This document shows positions 1-9,073 of a DNA stretch of 64,000 nt, in pieces; position 1 is the stretch's first letter; each line of letters opens with the position of its first letter. The position numbers and the translations under genes are program-made. Location: positions 1 to 64,000 of IMG/VR virus record IMGVR_UViG_3300042261_001312, one strand, 5' to 3'. Below the pieces are notes generated by a model. The model worked only from the letters and a program-made list of their open reading frames with translations. It searched no databases and was not told the origin of the DNA.

Positions 1-205
1 TAATAGTAGTTGTTCAAAAGAATAACACCCCCCCCCCCCATGTACTCATTTTTAATTATCGAAATATTGTTGGTCTTGGAGTTTTTGAATTTGTCACATA
101 ACAACCATGATGTTTGTTATTATGTTGTGAATTGACATATCTGTCTGTTGAACATGACATGAATAATATTATTATAAATAAAGCCAATAGTGTTCTCATA
201 TAATT

Positions 206-766
206 TTAATTAAAAAATGATTTTAAATTTTTCTCTTTGATTAATGTTTTTAATTTAGACACGTACTTTTTATCCTCGGCATAATTCTGTTGAAGGTAAT
301 CAAAGTAGTCATCTTCTGATTTTAAATCGTACAGATATGTGGCGGAATAAAGAGCATAATCATGCACAGATTCAATCCAGTCTTCATAATATGCGTGTTC
401 ATTATTCGTGCCTTTGGTAAGGTTAATTCTTACACTTGCTTCTTTCATTCCAAAGAGGTTATGATTCTCTTTGAAGATAGGTGAAGTAAAGAATGAAGTT
501 TCATGCATTGCTTGAGCAAGCACGATGTGAGGGAATTTAAAATGCAATCCCTTAATCTCTTTAACCAACTTTTCTTGATTAAAAGAATTATACTTGCCCA
601 TAATCAATTTGACTTCTGTTTCGGTATAATTGCTTTTGATGTTTGGTTTAACGGACAATCCCAATATCAAAGATATTAGTACAATGCCACCAAATGCTTT
701 CAATCCAACATCAAGCCATTTGACTTTGACGAATTGAAGTTTCTGTTTGTCATACTTGTAGAACAT
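206..766 (-). CDS. Glucosaminidase-domain (FlgJ/GH73-like) peptidoglycan hydrolase with N-terminal TM anchor
   Basis: LAQAMHETS...NHNLFGMK...YEDWIESVHDY...YAEDKKY motifs; hydrophobic segment at aa 20-38. Confidence 0.75.
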   Translation of the reverse strand: MFYKYDKQKLQFVKVKWLDVGLKAFGGIVLISLILGLSVKPNIKSNYTETEVKLIMGKYNSFNQEKLVKEIKGLHFKFPHIVLAQAMHETSFFTSPIFKENHNLFGMKEASVRINLTKGTNNEHAYYEDWIESVHDYALYSATYLYDLKSEDDYFDYLQQNYAEDKKYVSKLKTLIKEKNLKSFFN

Positions 767-838
767 AGCAATATTATTTTAGTTGTACATTGGTATTATA
801 CGTACATTGATTAATAATTGTTACAATACGTTTTTTAA

Positions 839-1156
839 TTAATAATCACTAACACGTTCTGTTGTGCCAACGTACAATGCGCCAACACGTTCTGCGGTTT
901 TATTATATCTTTTGTTGAAGTAGATTAACAATTCAGATTCGAATTTACTTATATCAAAATCTTTTATTAATTTATTAATCTCAATCATATCCCACCAATA
1001 GTACAATAGTGTATTAGGTTTATGGAAATAACCATATGGGTCAAAACCAAATTTTAATTTCTTATTTATACCATCGGTGAATTTAGACATGGTGATTATG
1101 CCACTCTTACGTTCATTTAAATTACCATACAACTTTTTAAATAATTCTTCGTACAT
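839..1156 (-). CDS. Hypothetical protein
   Basis: Open frame on local coding strand, AT-rich leader. Confidence 0.6.
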   Translation of the reverse strand: MYEELFKKLYGNLNERKSGIITMSKFTDGINKKLKFGFDPYGYFHKPNTLLYYWWDMIEINKLIKDFDISKFESELLIYFNKRYNKTAERVGALYVGTTERVSDY

Positions 1157-1176
1157 TGGTATATGTGTATTATTAA

Positions 1177-1329
1177 TTAAAAATGATTACGATTGTCTTT
1201 ACGACTATATGCTTTCTTTGATTTATGTACTTTGGTGACGGATTTAAATCTACCATCATTCTCCATTTCAGCATCACGTGAACCTTTACGACTTGCTTTA
1301 ATAAATGGGTCAAGTTTTTTCTTCTTCAT
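1177..1329 (-). CDS. Small basic protein (50 aa) MKKKKLDPFIKASRKGSRDAEMENDGRFKSVTKVHKSKKAYSRKDNRNHF
   Basis: Translated by hand; follows ECF promoter 1417 and hairpin 1348; leader ttaatttaaaaacaATG. Confidence 0.7.
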   Translation of the reverse strand: MKKKKLDPFIKASRKGSRDAEMENDGRFKSVTKVHKSKKAYSRKDNRNHF

Positions 1330-1347
1330 TGTTTTTAAATTAAAAAA

Positions 1348-1382
1348 GGTGCAGTTGCTATGGTAGGCAAAAATTCTGCACC
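1348..1382 (-). ncRNA. Conserved hairpin motif, copy 1
   Basis: GGTGCAG-aattt-TTGC-ctaccata-GCAA-CTGCACC then U-run. Confidence 0.7.
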
Positions 1383-1444
1383 CTTGTAGATTAAAACAAA
1401 AACATTGAATTTGTTATACGTACATTGGTACAGAAAGGTTACAA

Positions 1445-1609
1445 CTACTTACTATCATTAACTTCATAGTCCAGAATTTCGCTATCAAGTACATCGAATC
1501 CTTCACCCGAATTGAATGAGTAATCAATTTGTTCCATTACTTCAGATAGTTCAATATCTGTGTCAATGACAAGTCATACTTTTACTTCCAAGAATATTTT
1601 GCGTGACAT
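1445..1609 (-). pseudogene. Small acidic protein with in-frame TGA at codon 12 (MSRKIFLEVKV*LVIDTDIELSEVMEQIDYSFNSGEGFDVLDSEILDYEVNDSK)
   Basis: Good start context; TGA at 1574-1576; protein-like frame continues to TAG at 1445. Confidence 0.55.
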
Positions 1610-1681
1610 AACTTTAATTTAAAATTGTACATTATATTAAATGTCCCAACCATTTTAATTAGTGGTTGGGACATTATTAAT

Positions 1682-2257
1682 TTATCTCCACAAATATCTC
1701 TGATATGCATTCTCATTAAGAAGGATTTCTTGCAACTTCACCAATTTCCTTGTTGTGTTTGCAGACGAAAGTGCTTCCTCAACAGAATTATACTTCTCTT
1801 CACCCGAACCACTATTTGTACGTATTCTGACCAAAATTTGTTCTTTGTAAGTAGTACCAAATTCGGTATTCCACCAATCGTTCCACAACTCAATCCTGAA
1901 GGAATAATCACTATGTCTCGGAATCTCAGGATTGCCTTCATTGTGTGCTTGAACTTTTATTCGATTATTATCGAAAGAATCAATTACTGCTTCAAACGGC
2001 AGATTGCCTTTCTCAAAATCGGCATTAAGCCTTTCAGCGACACTCTTGGCAGTTTGAGTGGTCAATTGACGAATTGCTTTCTGTTGAATTCCATGCTGAA
2101 TTCTGCCATTGTTGAATCTGTTGATTTCAGCACTCAGTTTATTGATGTCGATAATGCTGAATGGTTGGTCTTCCTGACTCTTATTCAGAGCAAGAAATTC
2201 ACTTTCAAGTTTTGCAATAATTTCAACTTGTTCTTGTGTTAAAGTCTTGTTTGCCAT
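1682..2257 (-). CDS. Hypothetical protein
   Basis: 191-aa frame on local coding strand. Confidence 0.7.
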   Translation of the reverse strand: MANKTLTQEQVEIIAKLESEFLALNKSQEDQPFSIIDINKLSAEINRFNNGRIQHGIQQKAIRQLTTQTAKSVAERLNADFEKGNLPFEAVIDSFDNNRIKVQAHNEGNPEIPRHSDYSFRIELWNDWWNTEFGTTYKEQILVRIRTNSGSGEEKYNSVEEALSSANTTRKLVKLQEILLNENAYQRYLWR

Positions 2258-2274
2258 GTCGTTATAGATTTTAA

Positions 2275-2553
2275 TTAAAGATATTGTTCAAGTTCTTGGA
2301 AGCCTTCAAGGAAGTCTTTTTCGTAAAGTTTTTTGCGAAGGACTTGACCGACCACTTGGTCAGTGTAGCCAAGTTCATCCAATAGGAATTCAGCAGTTTC
2401 GCCATCCATGCCAATTGACTTTAATGTTTCAATAGCCATGTTAAATCTGACTGCATTGTTGAAAGAAGAGAGTTGAGCAGTCTTTTTGAAATACTTTGGT
2501 AAATCAAAATCTTCGGGTTTAAGGGCATTGCCCAATGTTTCAAATAAGTTCAT
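2275..2553 (-). CDS. Hypothetical protein
   Basis: Directly behind ECF promoter 2582. Confidence 0.7.
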   Translation of the reverse strand: MNLFETLGNALKPEDFDLPKYFKKTAQLSSFNNAVRFNMAIETLKSIGMDGETAEFLLDELGYTDQVVGQVLRKKLYEKDFLEGFQELEQYL

Positions 2554-2608
2554 GGTAATTGTGTATTGGTTATGACAATTATACGGACATTAATTAAAAA
2601 TGGTTACA

Positions 2609-3040
2609 TTATATTTCAACAATATCATTAACCCTTTTAATTAAATTCTTCTCTATATTTTCTGAAACGTTTGAAGAATTAGGAAGAAATTCAACTTCTT
2701 CATCAAAACCAATGCGATAATACTCGGTAACAATATACCTATTATACTTCGTTTTATGATAGTTTGACCAAGCCAGAGCATTTGCAACCACAATGAACAA
2801 TGTGAACTTACGCAAAGTTACAACATTTTTTAAATTAAGTTGAATGACTTCACCATTGTAAAGAGTTAAGGTAAGAAACTCGCTACCTTTTTCCCTGTCA
2901 ACCTTTGTACAATAGTACGTTTCATTTGCACCACCCATGCCACCACCATAACTGAACAATACTGCTGTACAATCCTCAATGGTTTCTGTTGAAATAATGG
3001 TGGACGGACTATATGTACGTCCAATTTTAATCTTCTTCAT
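2609..3040 (-). CDS. Hypothetical protein
   Basis: 143-aa frame, typical leader. Confidence 0.7.
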   Translation of the reverse strand: MKKIKIGRTYSPSTIISTETIEDCTAVLFSYGGGMGGANETYYCTKVDREKGSEFLTLTLYNGEVIQLNLKNVVTLRKFTLFIVVANALAWSNYHKTKYNRYIVTEYYRIGFDEEVEFLPNSSNVSENIEKNLIKRVNDIVEI

Positions 3041-3062
3041 GTTATTGGTTTTTAATTAAAAA

Positions 3063-3260
3063 TTACATTGCAGTTGCCTTTATAACGGATTCAAGATCAT
3101 ACCCGTACTTTCGAGTATAGACGTGTTTAAAGTAATCTATGCCATTGGCTGAATGCATATACATAAAATTACCTACGTAGTTTATATCGCTTCGATTTAG
3201 GCTGAAAATGCCTTTTGCAATAGCATTGTCAAAGGCAGTATTTAAGTCAATAAATTCCAT
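3063..3260 (-). CDS. Hypothetical protein
   Basis: Behind ECF promoter 3289. Confidence 0.65.
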   Translation of the reverse strand: MEFIDLNTAFDNAIAKGIFSLNRSDINYVGNFMYMHSANGIDYFKHVYTRKYGYDLESVIKATAM

Positions 3261-3517
3261 AGGACAATATTTAATTGTGTATCTATTATACGGATATTAA
3301 TTAAAAAAGGTTACACAAATATAAAAAAGAAATCCCGCAGTTAAGGGAACTGCGGGACTCTAACCTAACCTAATTTAAACCCAATACATGACAAAACAAT
3401 TAAACGAGCGAGAAAGAAATATTTTTGTTACATTCAATTATACGAACATTAGTTCATAAAGGTTACATAAAAAGCAAAAAAAAAGGAAGATTTCTCTTCC
3501 CTTTTCTTAACTCCCTT

Positions 3518-4388
3518 TTAATTAAGGGAGTGGAGCATATATTCCAAGACTGTGGAATCGGTCATCATCCGCTTTTCGGGGATTGCAATATTGCGATTGT
3601 CATCGAAGATGTACTGATTTACTGCATTGTAAATGAGCCAGTCATTGATCACTCCGTTGTAGCCTAAATTCGGCTTGTCGGCTTCTTCCCTGATCTTCAG
3701 CATAATTGCGTTGATCGTATTGAATTTGGCGTTATCGACTGCCACGATGCCTGATGCCTTCAGAACTTCCTCAACTCTGTTGGTTGGGTTCATTGGGATT
3801 GACTTTGCCAATGCATTGAAACGACCAGTGATTTTGTCGATGACCAATTCTGCATTGTTGACAAAGAACACCAACATTTGGGTAAGGTCAGCCAAGGACT
3901 TTTTGATGTTGATGGTATGTTTGCCACCAATGGTAAGATTGAATTCCTTCATTTCCTTTACGGGAATGGTAAGACCATTAGTACAGACAAGGCGGAAATA
4001 ACCAAACATGATGCGATAGTTGGTCTTGCCATTGTAGGAGTGCTGAACGTTCAACTTCGGGAACACAACGTCATTTGTGCCTTCAATTGAGTAGGAATAC
4101 CTTTTGTCGGTAATCGTGTAGGATGCGTAGAAACGAACGTGTTTAACGTGCGTGTAAGTGGCTTTGAACTCAATCTCTTGGCTCTCAAGGATTGCTTCAA
4201 TGTTTGGGAAAATCTCTGCATTGGGAACTAACGCATACACGTTGGAGCAGTAGTTGAGTTTCATCTCACCACGTGGAGTTTGACCTACGACGATCTTTGC
4301 GTACTCGCTGTTGGTCAGATAATTCGACAGGGAAAAGAATGTCATTCAATCCGCAAGTTGTTGCACCTTCTTTAATTCTCTTTGCCAT
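3518..4388 (-). CDS. DUF932/DUF945-family protein, apparently frameshifted near 4315
   Basis: HSYNG...FRLVCTNG family motif; the start with good context (4388, behind promoter 4425) reads MAKRIKEGATTCGLNDILFPVELSD and is out of frame with the body NSEYAKIVVG. Confidence 0.7.
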
Positions 4389-4607
4389 GATAAATAATTT
4401 TTAATTGGTTTGTATATGCAATTATACGAATTTTAATTTAAAAAGGTTACATGATTTTTAATTTATTTTCTTATTTGAACAGATTCTAAATAAGTAGACT
4501 TTCGGGTAGGAGTGGATTACTCCCACCCATTTCTGACCTCGCCCATTCCCATACAAATATACGAATTTAAATTAAAAAAGGTTACATTTCTGCAACCTTT
4601 TTTTAAT

Positions 4608-4955
4608 TTATTTTTGAAGATAATCAACAACAAATTTCCATGCAGTATCAATATCATCACATAATAGTGCATGTTTTAATCCATCAAGTTCTTCGGGTTC
4701 TTCAGATTCGATTGATATTTTGGCAATCACTTGCATTAACCAATCCCAAGAGCAATCGTATTTTGGTTTATCGACAATTTGAAAATCTTCAATGTCGTCA
4801 TCAAAATAAGTTACAATTTCATCTTCGGGATAATCCTTCATACATTTCTTAATTGAAGAATATACCTCAAAAGAATATAAGTCATCCTTTGGTTCTTTAG
4901 GTTGATAATAACCCATAAACTTAACGATCAGTTTATTTCCTTCTTTCTTTTTCAT
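4608..4955 (-). CDS. Hypothetical protein (YDCSWDWLM motif)
   Basis: Behind promoter 4983. Confidence 0.65.
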   Translation of the reverse strand: MKKKEGNKLIVKFMGYYQPKEPKDDLYSFEVYSSIKKCMKDYPEDEIVTYFDDDIEDFQIVDKPKYDCSWDWLMQVIAKISIESEEPEELDGLKHALLCDDIDTAWKFVVDYLQK

Positions 4956-5028
4956 GTTAATTTATTTTTGATTTAAAGAATATACGCATCTTAATTAAAA
5001 AAGGTTACATTTCTGCAACCTTTTTTAA

Positions 5029-5268
5029 TTAAAGTTGAATGAACTCATTAAGCACCCAATCAATTTTGACTTCGTTGTTCTCATTGTGCCAATCAATAAA
5101 ATCTTCAATTGAATAATCACTTTCAAGAACATCACGAAGATAAGGTTGAAAATCTGTCCAAGACTTACGAATTAAGTCCATGAATTTCGTAAAGTTCATT
5201 GGTTCTTCTGGAGTAACTAAACCGATAATATCTTCGGTTTCTGTGTCGTGTAAAGTAACTACATACAT
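5029..5268 (-). CDS. Hypothetical acidic protein
   Basis: Open frame with typical leader. Confidence 0.65.
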   Translation of the reverse strand: MYVVTLHDTETEDIIGLVTPEEPMNFTKFMDLIRKSWTDFQPYLRDVLESDYSIEDFIDWHNENNEVKIDWVLNEFIQL

Positions 5269-5287
5269 GATTTTTAATTTAAGTTTG

Positions 5288-5359
5288 TAGTCGGAGCAGG
5301 ACTCGAACCTGCATACATAGCCACGTTCGCCATGCGCTAACCAATTACTATATCCGACT
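5288..5359 (-). ncRNA. tRNA-like RNA with non-canonical anticodon loop GAACGTG
   Basis: Acceptor AGTCGGA/TCCGACT, T-arm GCAGG-TTCGAGT-CCTGC; no U33. Confidence 0.6.
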
Positions 5360-5428
5360 AAGAGTCCGTGCTTTCCGAACTGTCAAATGCTTCATAACAC
5401 TTAGGCATTTTAGCATTAACTAACCACG

Positions 5429-5604
5429 TAGTCAGAACAGGACTCGAACCTGTAAGTCACATCTATTCCTACTTTGCTCCCAAGTACCTATCATATGTAA
5501 TTAGTATTAAACCATCTATCTTACATAATCAATATCGAAGCATTTGGTTTTTTATTACTGCCACTCACTCGTAGAGTGTGCGTCTGCCATTCCGCCATCC
5601 GACT
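5429..5604 (-). ncRNA. tRNA-like RNA with about 100 nt insertion between D and T arms
   Basis: Acceptor AGTCGGA/TCTGACT, Leu/Ser-type D arm GGCGGAATGGCAGACGC, T-arm ACAGG-TTCGAGT-CCTGT. Confidence 0.6.
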
Positions 5605-5669
5605 GTGTTCTACTTTTGATTTTTAATTTAGTAATCGCAGAATCAAAAAGTAGTAAAATAACTGCGCTG

Positions 5670-5795
5670 TGATTGGAACAGGAATCGAACCTGTAACCTT
5701 GGCATGTTGCACCACCTGTGCCTCCTACGGGAATTGTGGAATCGAACCACTGCCCACCTCTGCCACCAATGAGTTACCTATTACTCCATCCAACC
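5670..5795 (-). ncRNA. tRNA-like RNA with two T-loops
   Basis: Acceptor GGTTGGA/TCCAATC, D arm GAGT-AATAGGTA-ACTC, GTGG-TTCGATT-CCAC and ACAGG-TTCGATT-CCTGT; 5' end 10 nt from promoter 5805. Confidence 0.6.
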
Positions 5796-5858
5796 ATTAT
5801 ATTATACGTTTTTTAATTAGAAAAGGTTACAAAGATAATCAATTTTTTTAAAAAGAAA

Positions 5859-5897
5859 AGAGTGCCGTTGCTATGGTGGGCAAAAATTCGGCACTCT
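5859..5897 (-). ncRNA. Conserved hairpin motif, copy 2
   Basis: AGAGTGCCG-aattt-TTGC-ccaccata-GCAA-CGGCACTCT then U-run; behind promoter 5919. Confidence 0.7.
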
Positions 5898-5940
5898 AAC
5901 GATCACAACATCTTAATATACGTATGGTAGAAAAGAAAGG

Positions 5941-6180
5941 TTACACTAAATCAGACCAGACGATTGAAATTGTGTAGTCACCATTACTCCACCAACCATC
6001 TTCCAGACATCCTTCCAGATAACTTTCAGCATCTGGACAACCATTCTCAATTGCTTTTGCTTTGAAAAGTGCTTCTGCTTTATCCACAACCTCTTGAGAA
6101 AGTTGTTCTTCCCACACTCCGAAGGATTCTACTCCAGAAATGCTATTGTCAACTACTTCAATAATGTTAATTACTCTCAT
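5941..6180 (-). CDS. Hypothetical acidic protein
   Basis: Open frame. Confidence 0.65.
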   Translation of the reverse strand: MRVINIIEVVDNSISGVESFGVWEEQLSQEVVDKAEALFKAKAIENGCPDAESYLEGCLEDGWWSNGDYTISIVWSDLV

Positions 6181-6199
6181 ATCGTTTTAAATTAAAAAG

Positions 6200-6379
6200 T
6201 TAATCAAATTCCCATTCAACAGAATCAGCAGTTTCCCATTTATCATCAATTAAAACTTGAAACTCTTCACCAATCCAACGATATGGTAATGGTTCTGAAT
6301 CAAGATAATATAACTTTCCAACGTGAACTGCAAGATTTGATTCTTGTAAATCTTTCCGTATTCTCGCTAATTTACTCAT
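6200..6379 (-). CDS. Small hypothetical protein (59 aa, MSKLARIRKDLQ...)
   Basis: Hand-translated; leader ttaattaaaacgacATG. Confidence 0.6.
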   Translation of the reverse strand: MSKLARIRKDLQESNLAVHVGKLYYLDSEPLPYRWIGEEFQVLIDDKWETADSVEWEFD

Positions 6380-6402
6380 GTCGTTTTAATTAAAAAGGTT
6401 AA

Positions 6403-6444
6403 AAGGGTGCAGTTGCTATGGTAGGCAATAAATTCTGCACCCTT
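6403..6444 (-). ncRNA. Conserved hairpin motif, copy 3
   Basis: AAGGGTGCAG-aattta-TTGC-ctaccata-GCAA-CTGCACCCTT. Confidence 0.7.
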
Positions 6445-6461
6445 GCTGAAAACCAGACTCT

Positions 6462-6581
6462 TTAATGCGTTATATATAAAATAAAAACCATTGTCGCTAA
6501 TGTCACAAAGAAAAGAATGATTCCAATGGATTCAATTGATTTTGATTTCTTTGCTTTTGATTTCTTTGCTTTTGCTTTCAT
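6462..6581 (-). CDS. Small membrane peptide (39 aa, MKAKAKKSKAKKSKSIESIGIILFFVTLATMVFILYITH)
   Basis: Behind promoter 6609; basic N-terminus plus one TM segment. Confidence 0.5.
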   Translation of the reverse strand: MKAKAKKSKAKKSKSIESIGIILFFVTLATMVFILYITH

Positions 6582-6740
6582 TGTGTTTATTATTGGTTGT
6601 ATCTATTATACGAATATTGATTAAGAAAGGTTACATAAAAAAGCGAAGGTGCGGTCATTCACTCCGCACCTTCTGTTAACCACTAATCATTATTAATCTA
6701 AAAATTGCTATGGAAGCAATACGTATAATCTTTTAAAGGG

Positions 6741-6781
6741 TGGAGTGCCGTTGCTATGGTAGGCAAAAATTCAGCACTCCA
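6741..6781 (-). ncRNA. Conserved hairpin motif, copy 4
   Basis: TGGAGTGCTG-aattt-TTGC-ctaccata-GCAA-CGGCACTCCA; behind promoter 6815. Confidence 0.7.
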
Positions 6782-6914
6782 AGTAGAATAGTAACGTTTC
6801 TAACTGATATATTATACGTATATTGGTACAGAAAGGTTACATATAAAAAGAAAAAACCTTCACTTTATTTTGTGAAGGTTTTTGTTGTTCGTCTAAATTA
6901 TATATAGATTACCT

Positions 6915-6956
6915 CTAGGGAGAACCTCTTTCACTATTCGGATTTAGTGTTTTCAT
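6915..6956 (-). CDS. Mini-ORF MKTLNPNSERGSP ending CCC-TAG-AGG-TAA
   Basis: Only ORF between promoter 6997 and terminator hairpin at about 6853-6882. Confidence 0.45.
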   Translation of the reverse strand: MKTLNPNSERGSP

Positions 6957-7023
6957 ACTGACTGACTTTTAATTTGCTAAAAAATGTTAATCATTATACG
7001 TACATTGCGTTGAAAAGGTTACA

Positions 7024-7281
7024 TTATCCAGCAGTACTTTTATAAGCAAGATTCCATACGTTATACGTTTTCTTAACCACATACAATTCAAAGTAACTAT
7101 CTGTGTTAGGTTGAACATTGTTAATGTGAATCACCTTATATGTTTCCATACCATACACATACTCAATGGGTTCTACACCTTTGTTAAAGTAATCCTTTAA
7201 GGAAAGTAATAACCATTTGAGGAATTCTTCACCAAAGGCTTCTTTGATTTTGTGTTGATTTCTTAAACTGAAACGTATCAT
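7024..7281 (-). CDS. Hypothetical protein
   Basis: Start MIRFSL overlaps the upstream stop (ATGA coupling). Confidence 0.65.
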   Translation of the reverse strand: MIRFSLRNQHKIKEAFGEEFLKWLLLSLKDYFNKGVEPIEYVYGMETYKVIHINNVQPNTDSYFELYVVKKTYNVWNLAYKSTAG

Positions 7282-7934
7282 TTTGATTTTACCTTTATTG
7301 AATATCCCCATTCTTTCATACCATTCTTTGACATATCGGTATCAGCAACAAACTTAATATTATTGGCTTGTGCTTTGATGAAGTCCATAGGATTGTCATA
7401 ATTGAATCTGTAATTGGGATATTTGTCTGCAATCTTTTTTATGTCAACACTAATCTCAACTACATATCTTTTGGTGAGAATATTCTTCTTGACGACTGGT
7501 TTCTTCTTTGGTTTTGGTATTAAACTTTTAACATCTTTCCATATGAGATCACCCATCTCATCTCCATCCCATAAGCCAATGCTACCATCATCATAATCAA
7601 TCTCACCGATGGTATATGCTTTGCGTTTGTAAACAATCATATCACCTTCACTGAATTGCAGTTGAAGTGGAATGTTTATTAATTTAGAATAATTGCCCTC
7701 ATCATCGATTTTAGTTTCCTCAAACAATTTTGCAAGGAGCGATGCAAGGTATTCAATATTCTTGGCACGTACATTCACGTTCTCATCATCCATTGCAACT
7801 TTATACAAGTGCAATATGCCTTCGAATGTTTTGGATTGTTTCTCATTGAGAGTATGGATATTCTCTTGGAGAATTTCAATGCCGTTCTCAATTGTATACC
7901 ATAATTCTTGGTAGCCATCAATTAATTCTTCCAT
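7278..7934 (-). CDS. Hypothetical protein
   Basis: 218-aa frame. Confidence 0.7.
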   Translation of the reverse strand: MEELIDGYQELWYTIENGIEILQENIHTLNEKQSKTFEGILHLYKVAMDDENVNVRAKNIEYLASLLAKLFEETKIDDEGNYSKLINIPLQLQFSEGDMIVYKRKAYTIGEIDYDDGSIGLWDGDEMGDLIWKDVKSLIPKPKKKPVVKKNILTKRYVVEISVDIKKIADKYPNYRFNYDNPMDFIKAQANNIKFVADTDMSKNGMKEWGYSIKVKSK

Positions 7935-7950
7935 CTTAATTAAAATTAGG

Positions 7951-8256
7951 TTAGTACAATCTCATTGTTTTAAGTTTGTCAACATCGACATACCTGTTTG
8001 AACCACCTGTGTAATCCTTGTAGTCCTTTGCAGTTCTGTAAAGCAATTTGGTATAACCAAAGTGTCTTACATCAGAACAACTGAAGTAAAATATTTGACC
8101 AAACTTGTTGGTAAAGAAGCCACTAAAGTAATAGAAGCCATAAGACATCTTTACATTAGTACATTGCATCTCTTTAAGATTTCGCATTATTCTTCGCCTT
8201 TCTCTGCTGAAGAATTCTTTGAAGTCTTGTCCTAAATCTTTTCCTTTGTAATTCAT
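7951..8256 (-). CDS. Conserved phage hypothetical protein (YRTAKDYKDYTGGSN)
   Basis: Behind promoter 8290. Confidence 0.7.
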   Translation of the reverse strand: MNYKGKDLGQDFKEFFSRERRRIMRNLKEMQCTNVKMSYGFYYFSGFFTNKFGQIFYFSCSDVRHFGYTKLLYRTAKDYKDYTGGSNRYVDVDKLKTMRLY

Positions 8257-8350
8257 CTCTCTTAATTTAAATTGGTTTGTACATTATTATACGTTTTTAA
8301 ATTAAAAAAGGTTACATTGCTGCAACCTCTTTTAATTTTCTGCTTTTGGT

Positions 8351-9073
8351 TTAGTTTAACCATTCTGCAAATACATCGGAGTAGTCATCCAAACTTTTCT
8401 CCCGAATCTCATTGTAGTTTGCTACATACTTCTCCGTGAATTTCTCCTCATTGAATTGTTTCAAGGAAGAAACATAGTGCAGGGCAAGTGCCATTCGGGA
8501 GGACATCTTGCTTCTCACGATTGCGGAGAGTTTCGCTGCAAGACTCAAAGTGTACTCAGTTTCTTTCAGCATATTCACTTTGAATGTGCCATCTTCGATC
8601 ATATCTGAAACATAACCACGTGACCGCCATCCGTACAACATTGAAGCAATTGTGGTGAAAGTGAAAGTGCAGGTCTTTTTAACATCCCTGAGAGTGATGT
8701 AATCAGGATAGTGCAGGTGGATGAACGTTTTGATGTAGTCACTCGGATTCCATTGCCTTTGTGTTGAATTCAACGATGCTACAAAGTGAACGATTTCCTC
8801 AACAGTTTTGAATTCAACATCAACTACGATGCCCGTGAATTCGATACCCAATTGTGTGGCTGTTGCCGCCCGATTCTGACCATCTGCAACGTAGTAGTAC
8901 TTCTTACCATCCGTGCTGAAAAGATCGGTGTAGATGAGGATGATTGCTCCGACAAAGCCATACTTTGCCATCTTTTCTGCTAACTCATTTCTGAAACCAT
9001 AATCCCTGTTGAAAGGTAAGTGATGTAATTTTTTGTAATCTTCTCTCGTCGTAAAATAAATAACTTTTTTCAT
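8351..9073 (-). CDS. ParB/Srx-like N-terminal domain protein
   Basis: YYVADGQNRAATA motif (DGQHR-type); behind promoter 9125. Confidence 0.55.
   Translation of the reverse strand: MKKVIYFTTREDYKKLHHLPFNRDYGFRNELAEKMAKYGFVGAIILIYTDLFSTDGKKYYYVADGQNRAATATQLGIEFTGIVVDVEFKTVEEIVHFVASLNSTQRQWNPSDYIKTFIHLHYPDYITLRDVKKTCTFTFTTIASMLYGWRSRGYVSDMIEDGTFKVNMLKETEYTLSLAAKLSAIVRSKMSSRMALALHYVSSLKQFNEEKFTEKYVANYNEIREKSLDDYSDVFAEWLN

Noticed and set aside
1625-2242. 205-aa plus-strand ORF and the many other antisense ORFs in the track (e.g. 3675, 11083, 39679, 43658, 49952)
   Set aside because: Shadows of convincing opposite-strand genes, with no leader or promoter support.
5429-5604. tmRNA interpretation of the long tRNA-like RNA
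   Set aside because: It has a full D arm, lacks the G3:U70 Ala identity and GGGGC start, is too short, and shows no tag reading frame.
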